From: a virus
Taxonomy: Duplodnaviria > Caudoviricetes
Strand: one strand, 5' to 3'
Virus record (IMG/VR): IMGVR_UViG_3300017700_000449
Location: 6,470 to 70,469 of that record
DNA: 64,000 nt
A program made the position numbers and the translations under genes. Below are positions 54,473 through 63,331 of this stretch, piece by piece. The stretch's first letter is position 1. Every line of letters starts with the position of its first letter. Below the pieces are notes generated by a model, which saw only the letters and a list, made by a program, of their open reading frames with translations, had not been told where the DNA came from and did not search any database.

Positions 54473-54901
54473 TCAGGTCGGCGACGGAGAGATCCGCTCC
54501 CATGTGATCTCGTGGCGACGTGGTTGCAGCGTTCGCTGCGCGTCGGGAGACGGTTGCCACGAGGTCAGAAACCCTTTCGTCATCGTGAACTTGCTCTGGA
54601 TGCTCTTGAGCAAGACGACCGCGTCGGCGGGGAGCGACTCGCCTTCCGCGACGTTGGCCGCGCGCCAAGCGTCGAAAATCCGGTTCGACTCCGAGTCGGC
54701 CATGAGAGAGTAGTTCTGCTTGACCGACACGAAGACGAAGCCGGCGGACAGGCGCCCGTCGACGCCCATCATCGTCTCGGTCTCGGCGAGGGGGTCGGTG
54801 CCGAACACGTTGTCGGCGCTGAACCCCTGAAGCTGAACGGGCGCCGGGAAGACCAGCGGAATGTTCAACATGATGACCGCGTTGGATGCGGTGATTGACA
54901 T
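54473..54901 (-). CDS. tail tube protein
   Basis: SITASNA..LQGFSADN..MGVDG.LSAGFV; follows sheath. Confidence 0.82.
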   Translation of the reverse strand: MSITASNAVIMLNIPLVFPAPVQLQGFSADNVFGTDPLAETETMMGVDGRLSAGFVFVSVKQNYSLMADSESNRIFDAWRAANVAEGESLPADAVVLLKSIQSKFTMTKGFLTSWQPSPDAQRTLQPRRHEITWERISPSPT

Positions 54902-54911
54902 GGTCGTCTCC

Positions 54912-56645
54912 TTACTGGACCGCGATGCTCGCGAGGTTGATCTGCTGGACGGCCTGTCCGTCGACGTACCAGAAGGTCATCGGCGGCGAGCCGCGGGCCT
55001 GCCGAACCTCGGGCGTCGCGTCGAGGATCTGGAGATACCAGCCGCGCGTGCTCAGGGTGCCGGCGATGTCGCGACCGGCCTGAGCGTTCACCGCGGCGAC
55101 CTGGCTCGAAGACAGCGTGACGCCGGGGCGGAAGACGCCGAAGCTCAGGCCCTGGTTGATCACGTCGGACAACGAGGACTCGATCTTCGCGTAGCCGGTC
55201 GAGTTGTAGGGGATGGCCCGGCTGTTCACGAGCAGGCTGACCAGCGCGAGCTGGATGCTGTTGTTCAGCCAGATCTGGTTCACGTAGCTGTCGAGCCACT
55301 GGAAGTCGCCGCTGACCGTGCCGTCCGCGAGGAAAAGGAAGTCGTCGTTCGCGGTCGCGTAGGCTCCGTAGTAATTGTAGCCGTTGGCGAGGAGGTTGTT
55401 CGCGACGTTCTCGTCGGAGACCGACGCCACCAGACCGTCCTGCGAGCGGAACTTGAAGGTGATGCGACCGTCGGTCTGCTGGAAGTCGATCGACGCGATC
55501 GATCCCAGGACGAAGGCCGCATGGTTGCGGTCCTGATCTTCCCACAGCGCTACCGTGCCATTGTAGTCCGCGGCGCGCACCTGATAGCCGAAGCTGGCAG
55601 TCGCCGGGATCTGCGCGGCCGGGGCGGCGTCTGTGTCCCAACCGACGTAGCAGAACCGCTTGTTCGTCCCGTTCACCCACGCGGCGAAAGCCAGCTTGTT
55701 CGCAAAGCCGCTCGAGTCCGGGTTGAAGGTGGTCGAGAACGAGGCCCAGTTCTGCGTCTGCTGCACGAGCGCGGCCATGAAGGCGGCCGGCACCGCGGCG
55801 TTAGCTCCGGGCGACAGGATCGCGCCGGTGGACTGCGTCATCTTCAGCGAGGTCGCGACCGAGCCGCTGGCGTAGTTGATGGTCGAGTCGTTGCCCGTCG
55901 TTCCGGACGAGACGACGAACGAGGTCGTCACCGGGTCGAAAGAGACGGCCTGGGCGTTGGCGGTCATCGCTTCGGAGGAGATAGTCTGCGAGTTGTTCAC
56001 GGTGTAGGTGCCGGGGCCGCCCACGCCCGTTCCGAGCGCGGTGATGTAGGTGTTGTCCGCGATGCCCACGCCTTTGACCACCTGACCGACGTCGAGCAAG
56101 CCGCTGTCCACCGCCGAGACCGTGAGCTGCGTTCCAGCGATCGCGCCGGTGAAGGCCGCGACCTGAGCGCCGCTGATGCCGAGCGCCGCGGCGAGGATTA
56201 GCGCGGCGTTCGAGAACGAGGTCGCCGTCGACAGATCCGGGGTGCCGTTCTTGGCGACGCCGTCGATGGTCACGGCCAGCGGGCCTGAGATCGCCTGCAG
56301 CTGCGCGAGCGTCATGGCCGAGACGTTGCCGCCTCGAAGGTAGGCCGCGACGTTCGACCGGTTGTACTGAGTGAACAGGATGGCGCCGGGCTTCTTGTTC
56401 GAGTTCCTGAACCCACCGAAGTAGCCTGAGCCCTTGTCGACGCCGCCGCCGGCGAAGATGGCTTCCGGCGACGAAGCGCCGAAGTAGGAGCGGACGGCCG
56501 CGGCGCTGGTGAACCGCGCCACCGTGCCGATCGGGACTCGCGTGCTGTCCGTCAGGACCATGCCGTTCAGGTCGAGAGCTGAACCGCCCGCGCTCAGGAC
56601 GTTCGGCGTGACGTTGACGACCACATTGGCCGGGATCGTGCTCAT
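54912..56645 (-). CDS. tail sheath protein (DUF3383-like)
   Basis: IPANVVVNVTP, TQNWASF, FKFRSQDGL, WLDSYVNQIWLN, GWYLQI. Confidence 0.9.
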   Translation of the reverse strand: MSTIPANVVVNVTPNVLSAGGSALDLNGMVLTDSTRVPIGTVARFTSAAAVRSYFGASSPEAIFAGGGVDKGSGYFGGFRNSNKKPGAILFTQYNRSNVAAYLRGGNVSAMTLAQLQAISGPLAVTIDGVAKNGTPDLSTATSFSNAALILAAALGISGAQVAAFTGAIAGTQLTVSAVDSGLLDVGQVVKGVGIADNTYITALGTGVGGPGTYTVNNSQTISSEAMTANAQAVSFDPVTTSFVVSSGTTGNDSTINYASGSVATSLKMTQSTGAILSPGANAAVPAAFMAALVQQTQNWASFSTTFNPDSSGFANKLAFAAWVNGTNKRFCYVGWDTDAAPAAQIPATASFGYQVRAADYNGTVALWEDQDRNHAAFVLGSIASIDFQQTDGRITFKFRSQDGLVASVSDENVANNLLANGYNYYGAYATANDDFLFLADGTVSGDFQWLDSYVNQIWLNNSIQLALVSLLVNSRAIPYNSTGYAKIESSLSDVINQGLSFGVFRPGVTLSSSQVAAVNAQAGRDIAGTLSTRGWYLQILDATPEVRQARGSPPMTFWYVDGQAVQQINLASIAVQ

Positions 56646-56655
56646 CTAATCTTCC

Positions 56656-57192
56656 TCACTGTGCGGGGAACTCGGCTTCGACGCTCTTGATGCCGATCGC
56701 GAGCTCGGTGGCGGACTGCTGCGGGAACGCGACGACGGGATTCGCTTGCAGCGAGATCTCGACGATCCATCGTTCCTCGTACTGGCTTTCGCCGTTCGAC
56801 GAGAACGGCATCTGCTTGGGGTCGTTGGCGTAGAGGGGGGAGACGCCTGGGTGGTTCTTCTCGAACCATTCGGTGGCGTACTCGCCGCGCGTCATGGTCG
56901 TGATGATCTGGCAGAGGTTTCCGCCGTCGGGCCCGTGGATGTCGATCTGGTAGTCGAACTGCGTCGCCTGGGTGGCCGCGCTGATCTGGTCGAAGGTGTC
57001 GTGCTCGGTGACGTTCGTCGCGAGACGCATGCGCCGGATTGGCGTCATGAGGATGAAGTCGGGACCTTTCGGCTCGGGGACGCGGTTGTCCTGAGCCTGG
57101 ACGACCTCCAGACCGACCGGGACCAGGTCGAGGAGGTACGCGCGCAGCGCGGTCACCACGTCGTCCTCGCTCGGGGTCACTGTAAGCGGCAT
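56656..57192 (-). CDS. tail completion/terminator protein
   Basis: QAQDNRVPEP, QIDIHG, PLYA, YEERW..LQANP. Confidence 0.78.
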   Translation of the reverse strand: MPLTVTPSEDDVVTALRAYLLDLVPVGLEVVQAQDNRVPEPKGPDFILMTPIRRMRLATNVTEHDTFDQISAATQATQFDYQIDIHGPDGGNLCQIITTMTRGEYATEWFEKNHPGVSPLYANDPKQMPFSSNGESQYEERWIVEISLQANPVVAFPQQSATELAIGIKSVEAEFPAQ

Positions 57193-57261
57193 TTCGGGGC
57201 GGTCCTGCGTTCCTGCCGCTGATCGGTAGCAGAACCGCGCATCGAAACGCAATCTTTTGCG

Positions 57262-57777
57262 TCAGAGCGGCTGGATGGCCGCCCCGTAGACCACGGCGCC
57301 GTTGCCGAGCGCGGTCAGGATGTTTCCGAGGATGGCCAGCGACAGGATCGAGCTGCGGCACCCGATGACGCCCTGCGTGGTCGACAGCGAGATCCAGTTA
57401 CACGTCAACTGCGAGGTGGCGAAGCCCGGGTTCAGCACGGCCGGGTCGGCCAAGGGCTGCGGCGTGACGGCGAAGGCCGTCGACCAGTTGATCGTGCACT
57501 GCCCCTGTCCGCCCGCGATCGTGCAGTTGCCGGCGCGGTACCGAGCCGGGCGGGGCGCGTCGGCCCTCATGTAGTCGGGGCTACTCCCTACCGCGCCGGT
57601 GGTCGTGTCCGTGGGAGGGACGCTGCTAGCCGGCTTCGGCATCGCCGCCATGATGGAGCTTTGAAGCGCGGTCAGGTCTGACGCCGTGACGCCGGACGAG
57701 AAGTTCGTCGACTGCGCCGCTGCCGCACCGGTCCAGATCAGGGCCGCGGCGAAGGCGAGGGAGGCGAGGATCTTCAT
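57262..57777 (-). CDS. signal-peptide virion-module protein
   Basis: MKILASLAFAAALIWTGAAAA-Q; beta-rich with Cys. Confidence 0.65.
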   Translation of the reverse strand: MKILASLAFAAALIWTGAAAAQSTNFSSGVTASDLTALQSSIMAAMPKPASSVPPTDTTTGAVGSSPDYMRADAPRPARYRAGNCTIAGGQGQCTINWSTAFAVTPQPLADPAVLNPGFATSQLTCNWISLSTTQGVIGCRSSILSLAILGNILTALGNGAVVYGAAIQPL

Positions 57778-57797
57778 GAAGGATCTCCGTTGTTTTC

Positions 57798-58352
57798 CTA
57801 CTGCTGGTAACCGAACGCGTTGACGTTCACCCCGGTTGCAGCCGCCGCCGCGGTGGTGGCGACGGTGATCGCCGCGTTCGCAGCGTTGGCCGGAACGCAC
57901 GGGGTGAACGTTCTGGTCAGGAACACGCCGCCGGCGGACGAACTCATCCGGTAGGTGAACGTGGTCGGCCCCTTCAGGCCGGCGACCGTGACCGTGATCG
58001 CGTCGGTGCCGCCGATCGCAGAGACGTCGAAGCCGCACACGTAGCTGGTCTTGGCCGCCGCCGCCGGGATGGTGGTCGACACGACGCCTGTGGTCCCGCT
58101 CGCGGCGCTCGCCACCGGCACCGCGCTCGAGGAAGGCGTCACGCCGCCGCTCGACGGAGGACAGTTCACGCCGGCCGCGTCCCTCGGCACCGCGACGCCG
58201 GACGCGTTGATGCACATGTCCACCGTGCCGATCACGGTCTTGCCGTCGGTCTGCGTCTTGAACTCGTTTCCGGTCGAGATCTGCGCGCGGGCGGGCGAGA
58301 TCGACAGGAGCGCCAGCGAGGCGAGGATCAGGAGCTTGGAAGTCGTCTTCAT
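57798..58352 (-). CDS. signal-peptide virion-module protein
   Basis: MKTTSKLLILASLALLSISPARA-Q; beta-sandwich-like. Confidence 0.65.
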   Translation of the reverse strand: MKTTSKLLILASLALLSISPARAQISTGNEFKTQTDGKTVIGTVDMCINASGVAVPRDAAGVNCPPSSGGVTPSSSAVPVASAASGTTGVVSTTIPAAAAKTSYVCGFDVSAIGGTDAITVTVAGLKGPTTFTYRMSSSAGGVFLTRTFTPCVPANAANAAITVATTAAAAATGVNVNAFGYQQ

Positions 58353-58747
58353 GGTGCTGTTTCCGGGTTTTGGAGTGTGAGAGCTACTTTTCCCCACGGT
58401 CCCCACTGTTCGAGGACGTGCACGCAGAGCCATTCGTCGCCCTCGGGGAACGTTCCGGTCGGGAAGACGACGACGTCGCCTCCTTTCCGCGCGACGCGCA
58501 CCAGGCCGAAGATGCTTCCGTCGAAGTAGGCGGCGCGCATGACGCCCTGGATGTTCAGGCCGTCCAGGTGCTTGATCTCGCCGGGCGACAGGGCTTGCAC
58601 CTGAAGCATGAGCTGCCTGTCCTCGTAGGTCGGAACGCGCTTGCCGTTGGGCTGGACGGTGTAGCCGGTGCTGCGCTTCAGCGTGGCCTGGACGTCCGGG
58701 TTGATGAACTGGATGGCCGGGTTGACGACCGCGCGCAGGTTCACCAT
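58349..58747 (-). CDS. head-tail joining/closure protein
   Basis: MVNLR..NP..QVQAL..HLDGLNIQG..GGD..W. Confidence 0.75.
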   Translation of the reverse strand: MVNLRAVVNPAIQFINPDVQATLKRSTGYTVQPNGKRVPTYEDRQLMLQVQALSPGEIKHLDGLNIQGVMRAAYFDGSIFGLVRVARKGGDVVVFPTGTFPEGDEWLCVHVLEQWGPWGKVALTLQNPETAP

Positions 58748-59040
58748 CGGCGACGCCTCGCGTTCGGGCGCGGGCGAAGGGGGATGATTCCGCTGTGCGC
58801 GTCGATCGGGTCGCGGTCGATCAGGAGGTTCTTCAGCGCCTCCTTGCGCACGCCCTCGGCGAGGCACGCGTCGAGGCGAGGATCCTGCGGGTCGAGTCGG
58901 ATCTCGTCGTTGCCCGGCACCGGTCGGATGGCGAGGATCTGCGACAAGATCGGGTAGGCGAGGATCTGGATGGGCGCTTCCGCCAAGGCCTGGCGCGTGA
59001 GCGGACCGAGCCGCTCCATCGCGTCCATCTCCTCGTTCAT
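58741..59040 (-). CDS. hypothetical protein
   Basis: Coding-like, overlaps the downstream start; start uncertain. Confidence 0.5.
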   Translation of the reverse strand: MNEEMDAMERLGPLTRQALAEAPIQILAYPILSQILAIRPVPGNDEIRLDPQDPRLDACLAEGVRKEALKNLLIDRDPIDAHSGIIPLRPRPNARRRRW

Positions 59041-59171
59041 GGGGACGACGCCGCGTCGGCCGACCTGACCGACCGCGTTGTTCAGTTTGTGAATGACCGC
59101 TCTCGCCACGACGTTCCCTCCGGACCGAACGACGCTTAGCACCGCGCGCGGCGAAACGCATCTATTTCCGA

Positions 59172-59738
59172 TCAAGGCGCCGGGGCGTTGCCTTTGACGC
59201 CGGCCTCCGTCACCTCGAAGTCGACGGCGTTCAGCATCTCGCCGCGATCGATCAGGGGCTTGGTGGACGCGCCGTAGTTCGTCTTCCCCTGAGCGACGCG
59301 CTGGCGGGCCTCGGCGACCGTCTTGCCGGTGACGACGAGGCTCTGGTCCTGGGAGCGCATGCCGCGAAGCATGACCGTGACGGGGGACAGGGGTGGATCG
59401 TAGGTGTCGACGATGGACTGCTGAAGCTGTCCTTTGACGCCGGCGCCGACCTGGTTGAGCGTGAGGTTGGCGTTGTAGTCGTTGTCGACCAAAAGGTCGG
59501 CCGTCGCCTTCGGCCACTCCGGGGACTTCTCTTTGACCATGTTCGAGAAGTAGGGGCGCGGCGGGATCTTCGCGCGCGGCGCCCCGAAGTTCTGGATGGC
59601 GGCGACCATCGGGATCGACGTTCCGTCTGAGAACGTCGACCCTTCCAGGAAGCCGACCTTCAGGGTCTTCTGCTTGCCGAGCCGGTTAGAGATCCTGTTC
59701 AGGATCGTCCGAGCCTTCGCGCCCCATGTTTTCGCCAT
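59172..59738 (-). CDS. neck protein (HK97 gp10-like)
   Basis: LKVGFLEG..VAAIQNFG..IPPRPYF, KPLIDRG. Confidence 0.82.
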   Translation of the reverse strand: MAKTWGAKARTILNRISNRLGKQKTLKVGFLEGSTFSDGTSIPMVAAIQNFGAPRAKIPPRPYFSNMVKEKSPEWPKATADLLVDNDYNANLTLNQVGAGVKGQLQQSIVDTYDPPLSPVTVMLRGMRSQDQSLVVTGKTVAEARQRVAQGKTNYGASTKPLIDRGEMLNAVDFEVTEAGVKGNAPAP

Positions 59739-60063
59739 CCTGCCGCTCTCGCTCGTTCTGCTGGATCTCCTCGGTCGGGATCGCGCTCACGATGCCCCGG
59801 TCGACCAGATCCTTGTTGTTGGCCGCCCACGCGTCCCAAAAGGCCTTGTCCACGCCCTCGGCGCTGCCGCGGACCTCGATCGGGCCGACCGGGCCCATGT
59901 TCGCGGCCATGCTCGGCTTGCCGTCGCGTCCGAGGTGGTTGTTCAGGACGATCCCCTGAGCGAGGGCGCACGTCACCGTGACGGTGGGGCGCTTCTGGTT
60001 CTCGGCGTCCTTGGCTTCGTCTGCTGCCGTGCGGCCGGTGTCGAGGTGGTTTTCGCCGTCCAT
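59686..60063 (-). CDS. paralog of the post-capsid protein at 61450..62070
   Basis: VTVTCALAQGIVL..GVDKAFWDAW...N. Confidence 0.65.
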   Translation of the reverse strand: MDGENHLDTGRTAADEAKDAENQKRPTVTVTCALAQGIVLNNHLGRDGKPSMAANMGPVGPIEVRGSAEGVDKAFWDAWAANNKDLVDRGIVSAIPTEEIQQNERERQDGENMGREGSDDPEQDL

Positions 60064-60143
60064 GTCTTGTTCCTTCCGGGTTTCAGGTGGTGAGAGAACC
60101 CGGAAGGGCTCGTATGTTTCCGGGTTCCCGTAGATCGACCGTC

Positions 60144-60187
60144 AAACGGGCGTCAGGATGGCCAGAGAAGGCCTTCTGACGCCCGTT
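60144..60187 (-). terminator. long hairpin after the 60191..60943 gene
   Basis: AACGGGCGTCAG/CTGACGCCCGTT stem. Confidence 0.5.
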
Positions 60188-60190
60188 CGT

Positions 60191-60943
60191 TCAGGACGGG
60201 TCCTTGGGCTCGGTAGAGCTGGCATCGTTGCCGCTGGCGCCGTTCTCGCCGGGAACGGGCGTTTCCGGCGCCGGGGCGGGGTGGTCGGCGCCGAGATCAG
60301 GGTCCGTGACGTCCAAAGCGGTCATGAGACCGTCGATCTTCGTCTCCAGAACGTCGACGCGCCCGGTCAGGGCCGTTTCGTCGCCGTCGCCCTTCTCGGC
60401 CTCGACCAGCACGCGCAGTTCGTCGATCCGGTCCTGGATCTCCTTGCGGAACGCGGTCTGGTCGCCTTCGCCGGTCTGCAAATCATTCAGGCGGGCGGCG
60501 AGGATGCCACTTTCCTCCTGAAGGGATCCGATCTTTTCGTCTCGCGACGCCATCGCCTCGTTGAAGTGGCCGTCGAGGTCCGCCTGGCTGATGCCGGCGC
60601 CGCCGCCGAGCGAGGTCGAGCCCAGCGCTTCCTGGACGAGCTGCTTCACGCGGTCCTCAGTCAGGGTGGCGCCGGGATCTTGCGCGGCCGGGATCATCGA
60701 CGGGTCGAAGGTCGGGCGGTTCTTCAGCTCGGCGACGTCGGAGACCAAGCTGTCGATCGCGGCCATCCGCTCGTGGATGTTCGGGATCTCGTCGCGGAGC
60801 TTGCGCAGCTCCTCGAAGTCCGCCAGCGCGTCCGCGCGCTGCGCTTCGTTCGCGACGTTCATCGGGTTGTCAAGGATGATCTCCATCCGGCGCTTCAGTT
60901 CAAGCAGGGCAGGCATTTGCTTGGCGATCTGGTCGATGTCCAT
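60191..60943 (-). CDS. acidic coiled-coil hypothetical protein
   Basis: GAAGGA SD; heptads. Confidence 0.7.
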   Translation of the reverse strand: MDIDQIAKQMPALLELKRRMEIILDNPMNVANEAQRADALADFEELRKLRDEIPNIHERMAAIDSLVSDVAELKNRPTFDPSMIPAAQDPGATLTEDRVKQLVQEALGSTSLGGGAGISQADLDGHFNEAMASRDEKIGSLQEESGILAARLNDLQTGEGDQTAFRKEIQDRIDELRVLVEAEKGDGDETALTGRVDVLETKIDGLMTALDVTDPDLGADHPAPAPETPVPGENGASGNDASSTEPKDPS

Positions 60944-60968
60944 GTTTCGTTCCTTCGGGGTTAAAAGC

Positions 60969-61436
60969 TCAGAACCGTCGTCGATATCCGCCGGGGGTCG
61001 CCCCGACGTTGCGACCCGAGCCGAAGCGAGTCGGGCCGCGGATGTAGCGGGCGGTGCGGAAGGCTGCCGTCGCCTGCCAGTAGAGAGCGCCCCAAGGTGT
61101 CTGCAAATACCACGCGGCGCTCTCGCTACCTGTGAACTCCGTCGACACCGAAACGGATCCCTCGCTCGCGCTGCTGACGCGGCCGACCAGACCGGACGCA
61201 GCCTGACCGTTGGACCCGACGCCGATCGCCGCCATATGGGCGACCAGCAGGTAGAGGAGGCGCTTCAGCTTGTCCGGCTCGCTGGCGTAGATCGACCCGT
61301 CGTTGCGAAGGTAGAAGTCGCCGGCGAGGTCGAAGTAGTTCTGCGCGACAGGCTCGGTCGTCACCGCCGGCGGAACGTTGAACATCGGATACTTCGAGAT
61401 CCATTCCGCGTAGTTGAAGGTGACGAACTGAGCCAT
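60969..61436 (-). CDS. head-tail adaptor (DUF4054-like)
   Basis: YPMF, LLVAH, GRVSSASEGSVSVS, W.QTPWG..YW. Confidence 0.85.
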   Translation of the reverse strand: MAQFVTFNYAEWISKYPMFNVPPAVTTEPVAQNYFDLAGDFYLRNDGSIYASEPDKLKRLLYLLVAHMAAIGVGSNGQAASGLVGRVSSASEGSVSVSTEFTGSESAAWYLQTPWGALYWQATAAFRTARYIRGPTRFGSGRNVGATPGGYRRRF

Positions 61437-61449
61437 GTGGTGTCTCCGG

Positions 61450-62070
61450 TCAGACGGTGCGCGCCGCGGCCTTGCGGTCGGCGGGGCCGATGTCTTCGAG
61501 GTTGGGGTTCGCAGCCTTGCCCGCGCGCGGGTCGTTCTTCTGCGCCATGGGCTCGAGGCCGTTGCGCGCGTCCGTCATGTCCTCGGCCTTGTCGTCGGCG
61601 TCGGCCTTGGTCTTCATGCACCAGATCAAACCGGCCTTGATGACGGGAAGCTCCTGGTTCTGCTCCCACCACGTCTTGAAGAACTTCGCGTCGACGTTCT
61701 CGGTGAGGGCGAAGTCCGTTCCGGTGATGGTGAACTTCGGTCGCTTGTTCGCCGGCACGGCGTAGCCGTAGACGCGGATCTGCTTGCCGACCGGCCGCAT
61801 GATCTTGGTCTTTCGCTGTCCGCCGCCGAGCAGGTTCTCGTACTCCTCGCTCTCCTCGAAGATCCGGAGGATCAGGCCGCTCGGCATCTTGCACGCGACA
61901 GTCACGACCCCGGTGTCCGGGATGTCCTTGCTGGCGCGGATGGCGGGGGAGGCGACGGATTGAGAGATCTTCGCACCGGGCTCGTCGCTCGCTGTGCGGA
62001 CGTTCTTGGCCGCGACCTTGGCGGCGGCGGTCTCTGCGCGACGGGTTTTCTCGGCTCGGGACAGGGTCAT
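61450..62070 (-). CDS. virion structural protein downstream of the capsid
   Basis: VTVACKMPSGL..ALTENVDAKFFKTW..GL.P. Confidence 0.72.
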   Translation of the reverse strand: MTLSRAEKTRRAETAAAKVAAKNVRTASDEPGAKISQSVASPAIRASKDIPDTGVVTVACKMPSGLILRIFEESEEYENLLGGGQRKTKIMRPVGKQIRVYGYAVPANKRPKFTITGTDFALTENVDAKFFKTWWEQNQELPVIKAGLIWCMKTKADADDKAEDMTDARNGLEPMAQKNDPRAGKAANPNLEDIGPADRKAAARTV

Positions 62071-62122
62071 AGGGTCTTCCTCGTTTCAGGGTAGGGACGA
62101 GACCCTTGTCGCAGAAGACGAA

Positions 62123-62143
62123 GGGGTGGCACAAGGCCACCCC
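62123..62143 (-). terminator. intrinsic terminator after the major capsid gene
   Basis: GGGGTGGC/GCCACCCC stem followed by TTCGTCTTCT. Confidence 0.6.
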
Positions 62144-62172
62144 GACGAGTTTTTGATGCTACGACCCGAGGG

Positions 62173-63264
62173 TCAGATGCCGATCATCGAGACGATCGCG
62201 ATCGGCATGCGGATGATGGTGCCCCACGTGCCGCCGGTGATCTTCTGCTTGTAGCTCGACAGGTCGGCGATCAGGCGGTGCATGCGCATCTTTTCGTTGA
62301 ACGCCGCGAATCCGGTCTGCTGGCCCTCGATCTCGGTGGCGATCAGCTGCATGAAGTTGCCGCCGACGACGCCCTGCGGGTTCGAGAGGGACTGAACACC
62401 GTACTGGACCGCGTCGACGATGCGGATGTTCGGGAAGTTCTCCTTCAGGAGCTTGTAGACGTTCAGGCCGAAGCTGTTGGTCTGGTTCAGCGCGACCTTC
62501 GAGCCCGGGGAGAGCGCCAGCACCATCTTCGTGTCGTTGTTGACCAGGCCGCCCGACTGCTGGACGAGCTGGTAAACGAGCGCGAGGATGTCGCTGTAGA
62601 TCTCGTTCGCGGTCGCCACGACCACGCCGTTGTTGTTCACCCACGCGTTGCCGCCACCGGCTTTAGGAGCCGGGGTCAGAGCCGCCTGCAGCGTCGGGTC
62701 GTTCAGGATGCCGTAGTTCTGGAGGCCCTGCACGCCGAAGAAGTAGGTCGAGTTCTGGTAGCGGTTCATGATCGTGGCGGCGGACTTGTTCAGCTCCGTC
62801 ACCCAATTGATCTTCGCCACGCCCGCGCGGTCGAGCTCGAGGTCGCCGTACTCCTCGATCGTCTGATAGAGGTATGCCTGGCGCTGCGGCCAGTTGGCGT
62901 TAACGGTGACGTGGCCGTTGTTGTTGAAGTCACCGTAGCTGGAGACCTCGCCGGCGTGTTCGATCACGCCGAACATCGCGGTCTGGTCGGTCCAGTCGCC
63001 CTTTTTCTGCTCGCCGAAGATCTCGGCCGCCTTCGTCGGCGTGAACAGGATCTCGAACACCTGCGGGTCGATCATGGTCGTGAGGAACGCGGGGATGCCC
63101 GAGTTCGGCGCGGTCATGAGCTGAGGCTGGGCGTCCATCGCGATCGCGGCGTTCCGCGCGTAGCCGTCCGGGATGTACTGCTGCACGTCCGGAAAGATCG
63201 CGCCGAGCGCCTCGAACTGGTGGCGGTCCGAACCCCACTGCGAGATAGCTTCTTGAAGGTTCAT
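62173..63264 (-). CDS. major capsid protein (DUF2184-like)
   Basis: AMDAQP, KKGDW, E..GEVSSYGD, YFFGV.GLQNYG.LNDP, GTWGTIIRMP. Confidence 0.92.
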   Translation of the reverse strand: MNLQEAISQWGSDRHQFEALGAIFPDVQQYIPDGYARNAAIAMDAQPQLMTAPNSGIPAFLTTMIDPQVFEILFTPTKAAEIFGEQKKGDWTDQTAMFGVIEHAGEVSSYGDFNNNGHVTVNANWPQRQAYLYQTIEEYGDLELDRAGVAKINWVTELNKSAATIMNRYQNSTYFFGVQGLQNYGILNDPTLQAALTPAPKAGGGNAWVNNNGVVVATANEIYSDILALVYQLVQQSGGLVNNDTKMVLALSPGSKVALNQTNSFGLNVYKLLKENFPNIRIVDAVQYGVQSLSNPQGVVGGNFMQLIATEIEGQQTGFAAFNEKMRMHRLIADLSSYKQKITGGTWGTIIRMPIAIVSMIGI

Positions 63265-63331
63265 CGTGTCTTCTCCTGTCAGGGTTCGGAGCCGCTCGGC
63301 GTCCGACCGATTGCTTTGGTCAGCCCGCGAC

